DNA from: an uncultured Candidatus Hydrogenedens sp.
Lineage (GTDB): Bacteria > Desulfobacterota_D > UBA1144
Length of the DNA: 64,000 nucleotides
Assembly: GCA_902609885.1 (NCBI GenBank)
Contig: CACLTT010000004.1
Coordinates: forward strand, 75,556 to 139,555
Direction of reading: 5' to 3'
The notes beneath the pieces were generated by a model. The model saw nothing but the letters and a program-made list of their open reading frames with translations. It made no database searches and was not told the DNA's origin. Positions 41,066 through 51,453 of the stretch are shown here, piece by piece. Position numbers and translations under genes: made by a program. Within the stretch, counting starts at the first letter, position 1; every line of letters starts with the position of its first letter.

Positions 41066-41827
41066 TTAAAGCATATTGTGTCCACCGTTCATACTTATAT
41101 TGGATCCAGTAATCCAAGATCCAGCTGTTGAACAAAGATATAAAACTGCTAATGCGACTTCATCAGGATAACCGAATCTGCCTAAAGGAATTTCATCTTT
41201 AATTCCTGCTAATAAATCTGCAGGAACTGTGGCTAACATATCTGTTTCAACAAAGCCAGGAGAAACAGTATTAACTCTTATGTTATCTTTTGCCAACTCT
41301 CTTGCTAAGCTTTTTGTAAAACCATACATACCACTCTTGGTCGCAGCATAATTTGATTGGCCTATGTTTCCCGTTTCTCCTATAATAGATGAAATAGATA
41401 CAATAGATCCGAAATTATTGTCACGCATATGTGGAACGCAGGCTTTAGACATATTGAATAATGCACCTAAATTTGTATCAATTACCTCTTGCCATTCTTC
41501 TTGAGACATTCTACTAAAAGTAATATCCCTATTGATTCCGGCGTTATTAACCAAAAAGTCAATTTTACCAAATTTTGCAATAGCCTCTTCGCCTAATGCT
41601 AGACATGATTCAAAATCCTTAACATCCGCTTGGACAACGATAGCTTCTCCTCCAAGGGCTTCAATTTCTTCAGCTGTAATTTCAGCAGCTTCTTTATTAC
41701 TGACATAATTTAAAACCATCTTTGCCCCAGCTTCAGCAAAAGCCAAAGCGCATTGCTTACCAATACCTCTTGAACTACCTGTAACTACGGCAACACGGTC
41801 TTTTACGTCATACATCATTTCAATCAT
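41066..41827 (-). CDS. SDR-family acetoacetyl-CoA reductase / 3-oxoacyl-ACP reductase (PhaB/FabG-like)
   Basis: TGSSRGIG cofactor motif, NNAG, and the catalytic S...YxxxK (YAATKSGMYGFTKSLARE). Closest in motif pattern to PhaB. GC-richer than its neighbours. Confidence 0.85.
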   Translation of the reverse strand: MIEMMYDVKDRVAVVTGSSRGIGKQCALAFAEAGAKMVLNYVSNKEAAEITAEEIEALGGEAIVVQADVKDFESCLALGEEAIAKFGKIDFLVNNAGINRDITFSRMSQEEWQEVIDTNLGALFNMSKACVPHMRDNNFGSIVSISSIIGETGNIGQSNYAATKSGMYGFTKSLARELAKDNIRVNTVSPGFVETDMLATVPADLLAGIKDEIPLGRFGYPDEVALAVLYLCSTAGSWITGSNISMNGGHNML

Positions 41828-41931
41828 TATGATTCCTCCCTAAATTGCATTCGTTAATTTTATACAAAAAAAGATTAATAATCTACAATATAATGTTTAC
41901 CAAATAAAAAATCAGAAATATACTAACCTCT

Positions 41932-42774
41932 ATGATAAAATTTATAAAATCACATGGTTTAGGAAACGATTATATAGTTATAGATGGAAAAGACACTGGT
42001 TATTCTTTAACGAAATCACAAATTAAAAAAATATGTCATAGAAACTATGGTATTGGCTCAGATGGGGTTTTAATGCTTTGTAAAAGCAATATAGCTGACC
42101 ACGGATTGAAAATTTTTAATCCTGATGGTTCTCAAGCCGAAAAAAGTGGTAACGGCCTTAGAATATTTTCAGCTTATTTATATGAATATAAAAAGATTAA
42201 AAGAAATAAAAAAATTACTATTGAAACACAAGGCGGATTAACAGCAAGTGAATTTGTTAAAGAGATAGGGGGAAAAAAATATATCAAAGTTGAGATGGGT
42301 GAAGCAATATTTGAACAAAAAAAAATACCTGTAAAAGTAAAAAGCTCTGATCAATTCTGTATAAACAAAGTTATAAAATTAGGAAATAAAAAATTTATTT
42401 TTAATTGTGTATCTGTAGGTAACCCACATTGCGTAATTTTTTCAAATAAAATATCTCCAGATATTACTAAAAATTATGGATCAAAGATTGAGGTACATAA
42501 TTATTTTCCAAACAGAATAAATGTTCAATTTGCAAAAATAATCAATAGGGCCACCGTACAATTAGAAATATGGGAAAGAGGTGCAGGGTATACTTTAGCA
42601 TCAGGGAGTAGTTCATGTGCGGTTGTATCTGTAGGTTTTAAGCTTGGCCTTTTAAATAATAAGGTAAAAGTTAAAATGCCGGGGGGTATTTTAAAGATAT
42701 CTATAGATGATAAATACCAATTAGAAATGGAAGGACCAGTAGAAAAAATCTGTGAGGGAAGAATAGATATATAG
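41932..42774 (+). CDS. dapF: diaminopimelate epimerase
   Basis: HGLGNDYIV and SVGNPHCVIF catalytic-cysteine motifs. Confidence 0.85.
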   Translation: MIKFIKSHGLGNDYIVIDGKDTGYSLTKSQIKKICHRNYGIGSDGVLMLCKSNIADHGLKIFNPDGSQAEKSGNGLRIFSAYLYEYKKIKRNKKITIETQGGLTASEFVKEIGGKKYIKVEMGEAIFEQKKIPVKVKSSDQFCINKVIKLGNKKFIFNCVSVGNPHCVIFSNKISPDITKNYGSKIEVHNYFPNRINVQFAKIINRATVQLEIWERGAGYTLASGSSSCAVVSVGFKLGLLNNKVKVKMPGGILKISIDDKYQLEMEGPVEKICEGRIDI

Positions 42775-42777
42775 TAA

Positions 42778-44010
42778 ATGTATAAAATTATTAATAGTAA
42801 GTATATATGGTGCCCAACAAATGGAATATTAAAAGATTATTCAATTCTCATTAGATCAAATAAAATTCAAAAAATAGACCATTACGAAAATCTTAATAAA
42901 TTAAAATATAAGAAGATAAATATAAAAAATTCAATTTTAATACCCGGGCTTGTGAATTCGCATATACATTTAGAATTAAATTGGGTTAAAAAAAGATTAA
43001 AATATTCATCTGATTTTATAGATTGGTTAAGCCAAATAATAGATTTAAAAAAAGGGTTGAGTAAAAATCAATTAATTAAAAAATCAATTAAGGAAGCAAT
43101 TACGGAATGTGCGAACTGCGGGGTTACAACGATTGGCGAAATTTCATCATATAATGGATTAGACATCTCAATAATAAAAAAATCTGGTTTAAGATGTTCA
43201 TATTTTTATGAAATTGCTAATTCAAATTCTTTGAGTTTTGAAAAAAACATACTAAAAATTGGGAAAAAAGTTAGTAATAATAAAATGATTAATCTTAAGG
43301 TATTCCCTCATTCAATTTATTCATTGGATACAAGCATATGGAGGAGATGTAAAAAATTTTCAACCAAAAATAACATGGGTCTTGGCACCCACCTATCAGA
43401 AAGTCTAGAAGAAATAAAATTTATTAAAGGTAAAAAAAATAAATTTGATAATATAATTTTTAATAAACTAAAAAAGCCTCCAAGAGTTAAAAGAAAATCT
43501 ACTTTTACTCCTCTAAAATATTTAGAAGATTTAGGGATCATAAATGAGAATATAACTTTGATACATATGAATAATTTATCCCCTGAAGATAAAAATATTA
43601 TTAAAAAAAATCAGTTAAAAGTAGTTTTGTGCCCAAGAAGTAACCTTTTTTTAAATGAGAAATTACCAGATTTAAAATTTTTTCTGGACTATCATTCAAC
43701 AGGTTTAGGAACTGATGGTCTTTCAAGTAATAATGATTTAAATTTTGTAAATGAGATGAGTTTTTTGTACTTAAATTCAAAAAAATTAAATATCGAAAAT
43801 TTAAAAGAAAAAATATTATCAATTTCGACTATTGGTGGTGCCAAATGTTTAGGTCTGGATAAAAAGATTGGATCAATAGAAGAAAATAAGATAGCTGATT
43901 TAATTGCTTTTGAAATAAAAGATCAAGATCCTTTTGATTCAATAATATTTAGAGAAGGCAAAAATATTAGATTAAAAATGATCGATGGAAAAATTAAAAA
44001 GTTTCAATAA
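42778..44010 (+). CDS. amidohydrolase-superfamily metal-dependent hydrolase; possibly the futalosine-pathway (aminodeoxy)futalosine deaminase
   Basis: HxH metal-binding motif (LVNSHIHLE), TIM-barrel amidohydrolase architecture, 410 aa. Convergent with and overlapping mqnD. The functional guess rests on synteny only. Confidence 0.7.
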   Translation: MYKIINSKYIWCPTNGILKDYSILIRSNKIQKIDHYENLNKLKYKKINIKNSILIPGLVNSHIHLELNWVKKRLKYSSDFIDWLSQIIDLKKGLSKNQLIKKSIKEAITECANCGVTTIGEISSYNGLDISIIKKSGLRCSYFYEIANSNSLSFEKNILKIGKKVSNNKMINLKVFPHSIYSLDTSIWRRCKKFSTKNNMGLGTHLSESLEEIKFIKGKKNKFDNIIFNKLKKPPRVKRKSTFTPLKYLEDLGIINENITLIHMNNLSPEDKNIIKKNQLKVVLCPRSNLFLNEKLPDLKFFLDYHSTGLGTDGLSSNNDLNFVNEMSFLYLNSKKLNIENLKEKILSISTIGGAKCLGLDKKIGSIEENKIADLIAFEIKDQDPFDSIIFREGKNIRLKMIDGKIKKFQ

Positions 44011-44830
44011 TATCGAGCCTAGGTAGTTCATCTATAAGGCCCAATTTTTTTGCTTTCAAATAAAAATAATTTAAGCCATTAATTCCTCTGGAATTGATAT
44101 TAACAGTATCACTATTCACATACATTAAAACAAATTCTTTAGCAATATCTCTAGAGACTCCTCGACCAAATTTCATAGAATAATCGAGTGCTTCTTCAAC
44201 ATTAGCTAAAGCATATTTTATACTAGATTTGATAATTTGAGATATCTCATTTTGTTCATCAATTGAAAGACTCCTAGTTATAATATTTAATCCCAAAGGT
44301 ATTGGATAATCACATTCATCAGACCATAGTCTGGGTAAATTAAGAATCACTTCATAACCCGATTCTTTATATGTTATTTGCCCCTCATGAATTATTAGCC
44401 CAGCATCAATTTCATCATTTTCAATAGCAGGAACAATTTCATCGAAATTGAGTTCTATAAAATTTGCATCTTTTAGATAAAGCTTTAAAAGTAAGAATGC
44501 TGAAGTAAGTTTTCCAGGTATACCAATTTTAGTTTCACTATTTATTTGAATTTTATTTTTTGCTACAACTATTGGTCCATAATTATCACCCATACTTGCT
44601 CCACAGTCCATAATTCTATATTTATCTTGGATTTGAAGATAAGCATTAGCAGAAACCGCTGTTGTATGAAGTTCAGAATTTATAGCCATTTTGTTGAGAG
44701 TTTGAATATCTTTAATGACATGATTAAATTCATATTTTTTAGAACTTATAATTCCAGAAGTTATTCCATAAAACATGAAAGCATCATCTGCATCGGGGCT
44801 ATGTCCTAATAAGATTTCTTTTTTTAAAAT
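43994..44830 (-). CDS. mqnD: 1,4-dihydroxy-6-naphthoate synthase (futalosine pathway)
   Basis: Aligns along its length with MqnD (…HSPDADDAFMFYG…, GPIVVAKNKIQ, DAGLIIHEGQITY). The conserved HSPDxDDAF N-terminus lies upstream of the first ATG. An ATT at 44828-44830 preceded by GAGGAG is the proposed start. Confidence 0.75.
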   Translation of the reverse strand: MLKKEILLGHSPDADDAFMFYGITSGIISSKKYEFNHVIKDIQTLNKMAINSELHTTAVSANAYLQIQDKYRIMDCGASMGDNYGPIVVAKNKIQINSETKIGIPGKLTSAFLLLKLYLKDANFIELNFDEIVPAIENDEIDAGLIIHEGQITYKESGYEVILNLPRLWSDECDYPIPLGLNIITRSLSIDEQNEISQIIKSSIKYALANVEEALDYSMKFGRGVSRDIAKEFVLMYVNSDTVNINSRGINGLNYFYLKAKKLGLIDELPRLDIIETF

Positions 44831-44881
44831 TTTTTAACTCCTCGATGTATATTAACGTTTATTAAAAAAAAAGTAAGTCAA

Positions 44882-45661
44882 TTATTTATTAAACTCCCTT
44901 CTTTCTATTTTGGTAATTTTTTTTGCTAAATCTAGAAATAAATTTATTCCCTTTCTATGCTTACTCGTAAATTCATATACTATTCTCTCTTTCAAATAAG
45001 TTTCAATATTCATTTTATCTATATCAACTTTTTTTAAATCAAGTATATGGGTGATAATATTGTCAATATTTTCTACTCCTTTCAAATATGAATTTTCTAA
45101 AGATGTTATAAGATCGTTACTAGGTTTTTTAATGTAATTATATGACGCAAAAGTAAAAGGTAAGGTGGTTTCATTAAACCAAAGATCTGACAGATCAAAT
45201 ATTTTAACCCCTATAGGCTTAGAATATGTTAATTCCAAACCTAAATCACCTATCACCACATAACCACAATCACTATCCAAAGTCATATTTTTAGAGGGCG
45301 AATAGTAGCTAAAATTTGGGGTAGTTTTAACAAACTCATTGAATAGAACTTTAACTAATAAATTTGAACTTTTTGAGCGAGAATCGAGAAACATTGTTTT
45401 AATTTCCTTCAATTCTCCCTTACTTATTATTATAACGCTATCAACTTTGCCGTTGGCACTTATACATTTGTTTTCCAAAGAAAAAATATTCTTATTTCCA
45501 AGATGATCCGCTATTGGCAAGAGGCTAATGTCTACTTTGTTAAGGTTTAAAGAATCTAATGTTTCGGATGGATTAGAAAAACTTATATTTACATTATGCT
45601 CTTTAAGATAAAAAGTAAGTGGTAAAGAGTTTATAAATGGAACTGTTCCTACAATATTCAT
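44882..45661 (-). CDS. mqnA: chorismate dehydratase (futalosine pathway)
   Basis: VPFINSLPL N-terminal motif of the MqnA/MqnD periplasmic-binding-protein-like family. 259 aa, immediately upstream of mqnD. Confidence 0.7.
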   Translation of the reverse strand: MNIVGTVPFINSLPLTFYLKEHNVNISFSNPSETLDSLNLNKVDISLLPIADHLGNKNIFSLENKCISANGKVDSVIIISKGELKEIKTMFLDSRSKSSNLLVKVLFNEFVKTTPNFSYYSPSKNMTLDSDCGYVVIGDLGLELTYSKPIGVKIFDLSDLWFNETTLPFTFASYNYIKKPSNDLITSLENSYLKGVENIDNIITHILDLKKVDIDKMNIETYLKERIVYEFTSKHRKGINLFLDLAKKITKIERREFNK

Positions 45662-45663
45662 AA

Positions 45664-46707
45664 CTAAAATTTAAAGTCTTCAAAAGACCATTTTTTGGGT
45701 GTAAAAATTGATTTATGGATTTCTAAAGCATATTCGTCTGACATTCCAGCAATAAAATCCAAACAACTAACAGAGTGAATTTTTGAAGTACATTTATAAA
45801 CATTTTTGAGCCTATTAGGGTCGTCATGAAAGAATAGATACAGATCAGATAAAATTTTTTTAGCTTTATCAAAGTTTTTTCTCAAAATCTCATGGAAATA
45901 AACCTTTTCAAATAGAAAATCTCGCATAAGATTAAGGTTCTCCTCTAATTCAAGAGAAATAGTTACTTTTTTAAAATTAGTTTTAGTAGTGCTATTTATT
46001 GTATCACTAATAACTTTTGAAATTCTTTCTGAATGAGATTTACCAAAAAATAAAATTAATTTTTTTGGCAAATTATTTTTTTTTATGAGTCCAGCTCTCA
46101 GGGCATCATCTAAGTCGTGAGTAAAATAAGCAAAGATGTCGGACAACCTAACAACTTGACCCTCCAAAGTTTTAATTTTTATTTTTTCATTAATTATTGG
46201 ACCCCTTCCTTTTGAATGTTTTGATATACCATCTCTTACCTCCTGAGTAAGATTCAAACCTTTTCCATTATTTTCAATGTGATCAACAATTCTTAGGCTG
46301 TGCAGATAATGTTTAAATCCACCTTTATGAATATCATTCAATGCTTGTTCTCCAGCATGTCCAAATGGAGTATGGCCCAAATCGTGTCCTAGAGCTATGG
46401 CTTCAGTTAAATCTTCATTTAAAAATAAAGATCTTGATATTGTTCGTGAAATTTGGGAAACCTCTAGCACATGAGTTAATCTTGTTCTAAAATGATCACC
46501 ATATGGAGCGAGAAAAACTTGCGTTTTATCTTTAAGCCTTCTAAAGGATTTAGAATGAAGTATTCTATCTCTATCTCTTTGAAAATCTGTTCTTAGGGAG
46601 CATTTTTTCTCTTTTTTAATTCTCCCTAAAGATTTTGAACTAAATGATGCATATTTTGATAAAAATTCGAACTCTTTTTCTTCAATTTGTTTTCGTATAC
46701 TTTTCAC
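45664..46707 (-). CDS. dGTP triphosphohydrolase-like HD-domain protein
   Basis: HD motifs LTHVLEVSQI…HDLGHTPFGHAGE of the dGTPase family. Confidence 0.8.
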   Translation of the reverse strand: MKSIRKQIEEKEFEFLSKYASFSSKSLGRIKKEKKCSLRTDFQRDRDRILHSKSFRRLKDKTQVFLAPYGDHFRTRLTHVLEVSQISRTISRSLFLNEDLTEAIALGHDLGHTPFGHAGEQALNDIHKGGFKHYLHSLRIVDHIENNGKGLNLTQEVRDGISKHSKGRGPIINEKIKIKTLEGQVVRLSDIFAYFTHDLDDALRAGLIKKNNLPKKLILFFGKSHSERISKVISDTINSTTKTNFKKVTISLELEENLNLMRDFLFEKVYFHEILRKNFDKAKKILSDLYLFFHDDPNRLKNVYKCTSKIHSVSCLDFIAGMSDEYALEIHKSIFTPKKWSFEDFKF

Positions 46708-47481
46708 TTAGGCTCTAACCACCACATTATTATTTTTTAAAAAATCTTTTACTTGATAAATAGTATATTCCTGAAAATGAAAAATTGATGCACAAAGAGC
46801 TGCATCAGCATTACCTAATAAAAAAGCGTCTCTAATATGCTCTAATCTGCCGGCACCACCAGAAGCAATTATGGGTATTTTAAGCCACTCATTTATCTTT
46901 TTTAAAGCATTAATATCATAGCCCTCTTTTGTACCATCTTTATCCATAGATGTTAACAGAATTTCCCCCACACCATAATCTTGCATTTTTTTTATCCATT
47001 CTATAGCATCGAGCCCTGTTGCTTTTCTTCCCCCGTGAGTAAAAACTTGCCATTTATCATGTGCTGACATTTTAATATCTACAGCAACTACAATACATTG
47101 AGAACCAAATTTTTTTGCAGCATCAATAACTAACATTGGATCATTAACCGCTGCCGTATTAATTGAAACTTTATCAGCTCCCGCCAAAAGCAGACTTCTT
47201 ATATCGTCAATCTTCCTTATCCCCCCACCAACAGTTAAAGGTACAAATACTTTATCTGCTGCCTTTTCAATTGTTTCAATCATAATTCCTCTATTCTCAT
47301 TTGATGCTGTTATATCTAAAAATGTTATCTCATCTGCACCTTCTTCACTATATTTCTTAGCTATTTCTACTGGATCACCTGCATCAATTAAATTTTCAAA
47401 GTTAACTCCTTTTACTACTCGGCCTTTATCAATATCAAGGCATGGAATTATTCGCTTAGCTAACATCTTGATAAACCTCAA
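46708..47481 (-). CDS. hisF: imidazole glycerol phosphate synthase cyclase subunit
   Basis: [16 protein letters not shown]…[11 protein letters not shown], a highly conserved HisF sequence. Confidence 0.9.
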   Translation of the reverse strand: MRFIKMLAKRIIPCLDIDKGRVVKGVNFENLIDAGDPVEIAKKYSEEGADEITFLDITASNENRGIMIETIEKAADKVFVPLTVGGGIRKIDDIRSLLLAGADKVSINTAAVNDPMLVIDAAKKFGSQCIVVAVDIKMSAHDKWQVFTHGGRKATGLDAIEWIKKMQDYGVGEILLTSMDKDGTKEGYDINALKKINEWLKIPIIASGGAGRLEHIRDAFLLGNADAALCASIFHFQEYTIYQVKDFLKNNNVVVRA

Positions 47482-48187
47482 TACACTTTTTTAAATCTAA
47501 TTTATCTTCATATATAGACTTCCCTAATATAACTCCATAAACTGTTTGATTGACGAGTTTGCTAATAGATTTCAAATCATTTTCATTCTTTATTCCTCCA
47601 GAAATAATGAGTGGAATGTTTGTGTTTTTAAGGTATTCATTCACTAGCTCAACATTATATCCTTCCAATGTTCCGTCTCTATCTACTGACGTTAATACTA
47701 TCAAATCTATATTTTTTTTTCTGAATTTAGCTAAAGCTTCTTTTAGTCCCATTCTTATTTTTGAGCCCCAACCTTTGATTGCTACCAAATTGTCTTTAAT
47801 ATCAATACCAATTGCTATTTGAGTTGGATTTTCATTAACAGCACTATTTAAAAAATCATCATCTTCAAAGGCTGAGGTTCCTAAAATAACTCTTCTTATT
47901 CCAAGAGAGAGGTAAGAATTAATAATCTCTTTGCTTCTAATACCCCCACCAATCTGGATTTCACATTTAACAGAGTTTGAAATTTCTTTAATAATTTCAT
48001 AATTTATGCTTTTACCTTCAACCGCGCCATCAAGATCAACCAAATGGATTAATTTTGCTCCCATCGACTCCCATTTCTTGGCAACCTCGACTGGACTATC
48101 CGAATAAATCTTTTCTTTAGCAAAATCTCCCTTATAGAGTCTTACACATTTTTGGTTTTTTATATCAATCGCTGGTATTAAAATCAT
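47456..48187 (-). CDS. hisA: ProFAR isomerase (1-(5-phosphoribosyl)-5-[(5-phosphoribosylamino)methylideneamino]imidazole-4-carboxamide isomerase)
   Basis: [23 protein letters not shown]-terminus. (beta/alpha)8 HisA family. Overlaps hisF. Confidence 0.85.
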   Translation of the reverse strand: MILIPAIDIKNQKCVRLYKGDFAKEKIYSDSPVEVAKKWESMGAKLIHLVDLDGAVEGKSINYEIIKEISNSVKCEIQIGGGIRSKEIINSYLSLGIRRVILGTSAFEDDDFLNSAVNENPTQIAIGIDIKDNLVAIKGWGSKIRMGLKEALAKFRKKNIDLIVLTSVDRDGTLEGYNVELVNEYLKNTNIPLIISGGIKNENDLKSISKLVNQTVYGVILGKSIYEDKLDLKKCIEVYQDVS

Positions 48188-48233
48188 AATTCTACATTTT
48201 ACAAAAATAAATTAATAAATTAAATTAAAAAAT

Positions 48234-48644
48234 ATGAAATACTGGTTAGTCAAATCTGAACCTTTTAAATATTCATGGAACATGATGCTTAAAGATAAAG
48301 TAACTTACTGGGATGGAGTACGCAATTATCAAGCCCGAAATAATCTTAAATTGATGAAAAAAGGAGATTTAGTTCTGTTTTATCATAGCAATGAAGGGAA
48401 AGAAATTGTAGGAATTACAAAGGTAGTAAAAGAATATTATCAGGATCCTACAACAGAGGATGAAAAATGGGTTGTTGTGGACCTTAGAGTTGATAAAACA
48501 TTAAAAAGACCTATATCTTTAAAAGAAATTAAAGGTGATAATAATTTAAAAGATATAGGCTTAATTAGACAGTCAAGATTATCAGTTATGGAAATTAAAA
48601 AAGAACATTTTAAATATATTATAAATTTATCTAATGAAAAATAG
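48234..48644 (+). CDS. EVE (PUA-like) domain protein
   Basis: MKYWLVKSEPFKYSW…GDLVLFYHS, the canonical EVE domain sequence. Confidence 0.8.
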   Translation: MKYWLVKSEPFKYSWNMMLKDKVTYWDGVRNYQARNNLKLMKKGDLVLFYHSNEGKEIVGITKVVKEYYQDPTTEDEKWVVVDLRVDKTLKRPISLKEIKGDNNLKDIGLIRQSRLSVMEIKKEHFKYIINLSNEK

Positions 48645-49590
48645 TGAAAACGATCTTATAGAGGGTGTAAATTCTGGAAGCAGAGTATGCTTGTCTAAAC
48701 TAATTAGTTTAGTTGAAAGTGACAAATCAGCGATATTCAGAATTATTGATTCATTAAATAAAAGGACAGAGAGCTCTTATGTGGTTGGAATCACTGGTCC
48801 TCCCGGGGCGGGAAAGAGCACCCTGACAAATCGTTTGATTCAAAATTATCGAAAAAAAAATTTATCTGTTGCAGTCTTAGCAGTTGATCCGAGTAGTCCT
48901 TTTACCGGAGGAGCCGTATTAGGTGACAGAATTAGAATGCAAGAGCATGCTTTAGATGACGAGGTATTTATTAGAAGTATTGGTAGCCGGGGGGATTTGG
49001 GGGGGTTATCAAGTGCCACATCCGCAATAATAAAACTTTTTGACTCATTTGGAATGGACATTGTTATAATTGAAACTGTTGGAGTAGGCCAAACTGAGTT
49101 AGATATTATAAAAATTTCAGATTGTGTTTTAGTTACTTTAGTTCCTGAGGCGGGAGATGGAGTTCAAGCAATGAAAGCAGGCTTAATGGAAATAGGAGAT
49201 GTATTTGTTGTCAATAAAGCTGATAGAGGTGGCGCAGAAAAACTTGCGAGAGAAATTGATTATATGATTTCATTAAAACATAAAAATACAAATTGGAATA
49301 CAAAGGTAATTTTAGCAGAGGCTGAAAATGATGTTGGAACAAAAAATATTGTTAATGAAATAGATTCTTTCAAAGAATATGAGATTCAAAGCAATGAATT
49401 GAATAAAAAAAGAACACTTCGCAAAGTCTCAGAAATTGAGACTTTATTATTTCAACGCATGAAATATGAATTAGAATCTTTAAAATTAGATAAGGATGTT
49501 AAAAATATTATGTCAAAGGTTAGTAAATCAGATTTAGAGCCTGAAGAAGCTGTGAATCTTATTTTCAAACTTTTTAAAAAAAATTTTTGA
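48634..49590 (+). CDS. meaB: methylmalonyl-CoA mutase-associated GTPase MeaB (ArgK family)
   Basis: P-loop GITGPPGAGKSTL, switch regions, and G4 NKAD. Confidence 0.85.
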   Translation: MKNSENDLIEGVNSGSRVCLSKLISLVESDKSAIFRIIDSLNKRTESSYVVGITGPPGAGKSTLTNRLIQNYRKKNLSVAVLAVDPSSPFTGGAVLGDRIRMQEHALDDEVFIRSIGSRGDLGGLSSATSAIIKLFDSFGMDIVIIETVGVGQTELDIIKISDCVLVTLVPEAGDGVQAMKAGLMEIGDVFVVNKADRGGAEKLAREIDYMISLKHKNTNWNTKVILAEAENDVGTKNIVNEIDSFKEYEIQSNELNKKRTLRKVSEIETLLFQRMKYELESLKLDKDVKNIMSKVSKSDLEPEEAVNLIFKLFKKNF

Positions 49591-50996
49591 TTTTGAGAAA
49601 AATATTAGTTAGTAAAATTTTAGATCAGATTAAAATTGCCATTATTGAAAATGGCAAATTAATCCATTATTTTATGGAATATGAAGATATTCAGCAAAGT
49701 ATTAGAGGGAATATTTACAAAGCAAGTATTGATAAAAAAGCAAAAGGTATAGATGCTTCGTTTATTGATATAGGTCTAGGAAGATCAGCATTTCTTTCAA
49801 AATTTAATCCTTTTCAAAAAGAAATGTCCAAATCTAGTGGAGCTTATCAGATTTCTAAAGATAATTTTGTTTTGGTTCAAGCGGTCAGCGATTACGATCC
49901 AAGGAAGGCTCCAAAAGTTTCAGATTTTATAGCATTACCATCAAAATATTGTGTTATTGTTAGCAAGCCAAAGTTTTTTGGAATTTCAAAAAGAATAGAA
50001 TGCCAGAAAGAAAGAAAAAGATTTAACTCACTGAAAAAACTTAGTAATAAAGATTGTGGAATAATATTAAGAACATCATCAATTAATAAAAAAATAAAAG
50101 ATATAAAGAACGATATAGCTTCTACCAAAAAGAGGTGGAGGGAAATATTAAATGATTTTAGAAAAAATGATTCCCTAGGAATGCTTCATCAAGAAAAAAG
50201 TGTTTTAGATAATTTAGTTAGAGAGTTTATCAATGATAAAACATTTATCGAAACAGATTCTAGGTTTGTATACAATAAATTAAAAAAAGATCTTTCAAAA
50301 AATATTGAAATTAAATTAGTAATTAAGAGCAAAGAAATATTTAAGAAATATCATATTGAGGATGAAATCAAAAATATATTTTTCAAAAAAATAAAATTAA
50401 AAAATGGTGCTTTCATCTTGGTTGAAGAAAAAGAAGGACTAACTGTAGTAGATATAAATTCGGGTAGTAGTCTTAACAATAAAAAAGAAACTTTATTAAA
50501 CATAAATAAGATAGCAGCATTAGAAATTTCTCGTCAAATAGTTTTGAGAAACCTTCATGGTCTGATATTGATTGATTTTATTGATGTTAAAAAACCAAAA
50601 GAAAAAAGAGAAATATATAAAACATTATCGGAATCTATGAAGCCAGATAAATCAAAACACACAATATTACCTATGTCTAAATTTGGTATTATAGAAATGA
50701 CAAGACAAAAAAGGGGCAGTAAAATATCAAATATTATTAGTGAAAAATGTCTAGTTTGTAATGGTTATGGTTTAGTTCAAGATAAAGTATCAGTATGCTA
50801 CGAAGTTTTAGAAAATATTATAAAAAATAACATAAAGGGTAAAGTGTCTATTAAAATTAATTCTACAATCTATCAAAACATGAAAGACATTCTGAACAAG
50901 CATAAAAATAATTCGGAAATAAAAAAAATCCAATTTAAATTGATAGAAGACTTTAAGCCAATTTATGACCAAAGAGAATTGTACGAAATTATTTGA
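49587..50996 (+). CDS. rng: ribonuclease G (RNase E/G family, short form)
   Basis: N-terminal S1 domain and a DNase I-like catalytic region (GLTVVDINSGS). 469 aa, too short for RNase E. Confidence 0.8.
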   Translation: MILRKILVSKILDQIKIAIIENGKLIHYFMEYEDIQQSIRGNIYKASIDKKAKGIDASFIDIGLGRSAFLSKFNPFQKEMSKSSGAYQISKDNFVLVQAVSDYDPRKAPKVSDFIALPSKYCVIVSKPKFFGISKRIECQKERKRFNSLKKLSNKDCGIILRTSSINKKIKDIKNDIASTKKRWREILNDFRKNDSLGMLHQEKSVLDNLVREFINDKTFIETDSRFVYNKLKKDLSKNIEIKLVIKSKEIFKKYHIEDEIKNIFFKKIKLKNGAFILVEEKEGLTVVDINSGSSLNNKKETLLNINKIAALEISRQIVLRNLHGLILIDFIDVKKPKEKREIYKTLSESMKPDKSKHTILPMSKFGIIEMTRQKRGSKISNIISEKCLVCNGYGLVQDKVSVCYEVLENIIKNNIKGKVSIKINSTIYQNMKDILNKHKNNSEIKKIQFKLIEDFKPIYDQRELYEII

Positions 50997-51029
50997 TGAA
51001 TTATTTTTTTTATATATGATTAATGAACA

Positions 51030-51452
51030 ATGAGTGTTTTAAAAGTTGGAAATCTTTACCATATTGGAATAGCTGTTAAAGACGCAGAAAAAACTTCTAT
51101 ACTATATTCTAAAACATTGGGTTTAAAAATTGAACATGATGAAGTTGTAATGGACCAGGGAGTAAGGGCTATAATGATGGTTCCTGAAAATAGTGAATCA
51201 ACTGCTATTGAACTTTTAGAGCCAGTAGTTCCTGAATCTCCTATCAATAAGTTTTTAGATAATAAAGGTGAAGGGATGCATCATGTTTGCTATTTGGTAT
51301 CAGATATATTGGAAGGTATTTCTCATCTTAAAAATATGGGAATTGACATGATTGACCTGAAGCCTAGAGAGGGCTTGAATAATACATTAGTTGCTTTTGC
51401 ACATCCAAAAAGCATGAACAGTGTTTTAATAGAATTAGCTCAGAAAAAATAA
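51030..51452 (+). CDS. methylmalonyl-CoA epimerase (VOC/glyoxalase family)
   Basis: 140 aa VOC-fold protein with an HIGIAV…GMHHVC metal-ligand pattern typical of methylmalonyl-CoA epimerase. Confidence 0.75.
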   Translation: MSVLKVGNLYHIGIAVKDAEKTSILYSKTLGLKIEHDEVVMDQGVRAIMMVPENSESTAIELLEPVVPESPINKFLDNKGEGMHHVCYLVSDILEGISHLKNMGIDMIDLKPREGLNNTLVAFAHPKSMNSVLIELAQKK

Positions 51453-51453
51453 A

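Noticed and set aside
41066-41827. The GC-richer reductase gene as a horizontally transferred island
   Set aside because: The same compositional shift is seen in unquestionably native core genes (glnA, ppdK, porin). Expression-linked codon bias is the more economical explanation.
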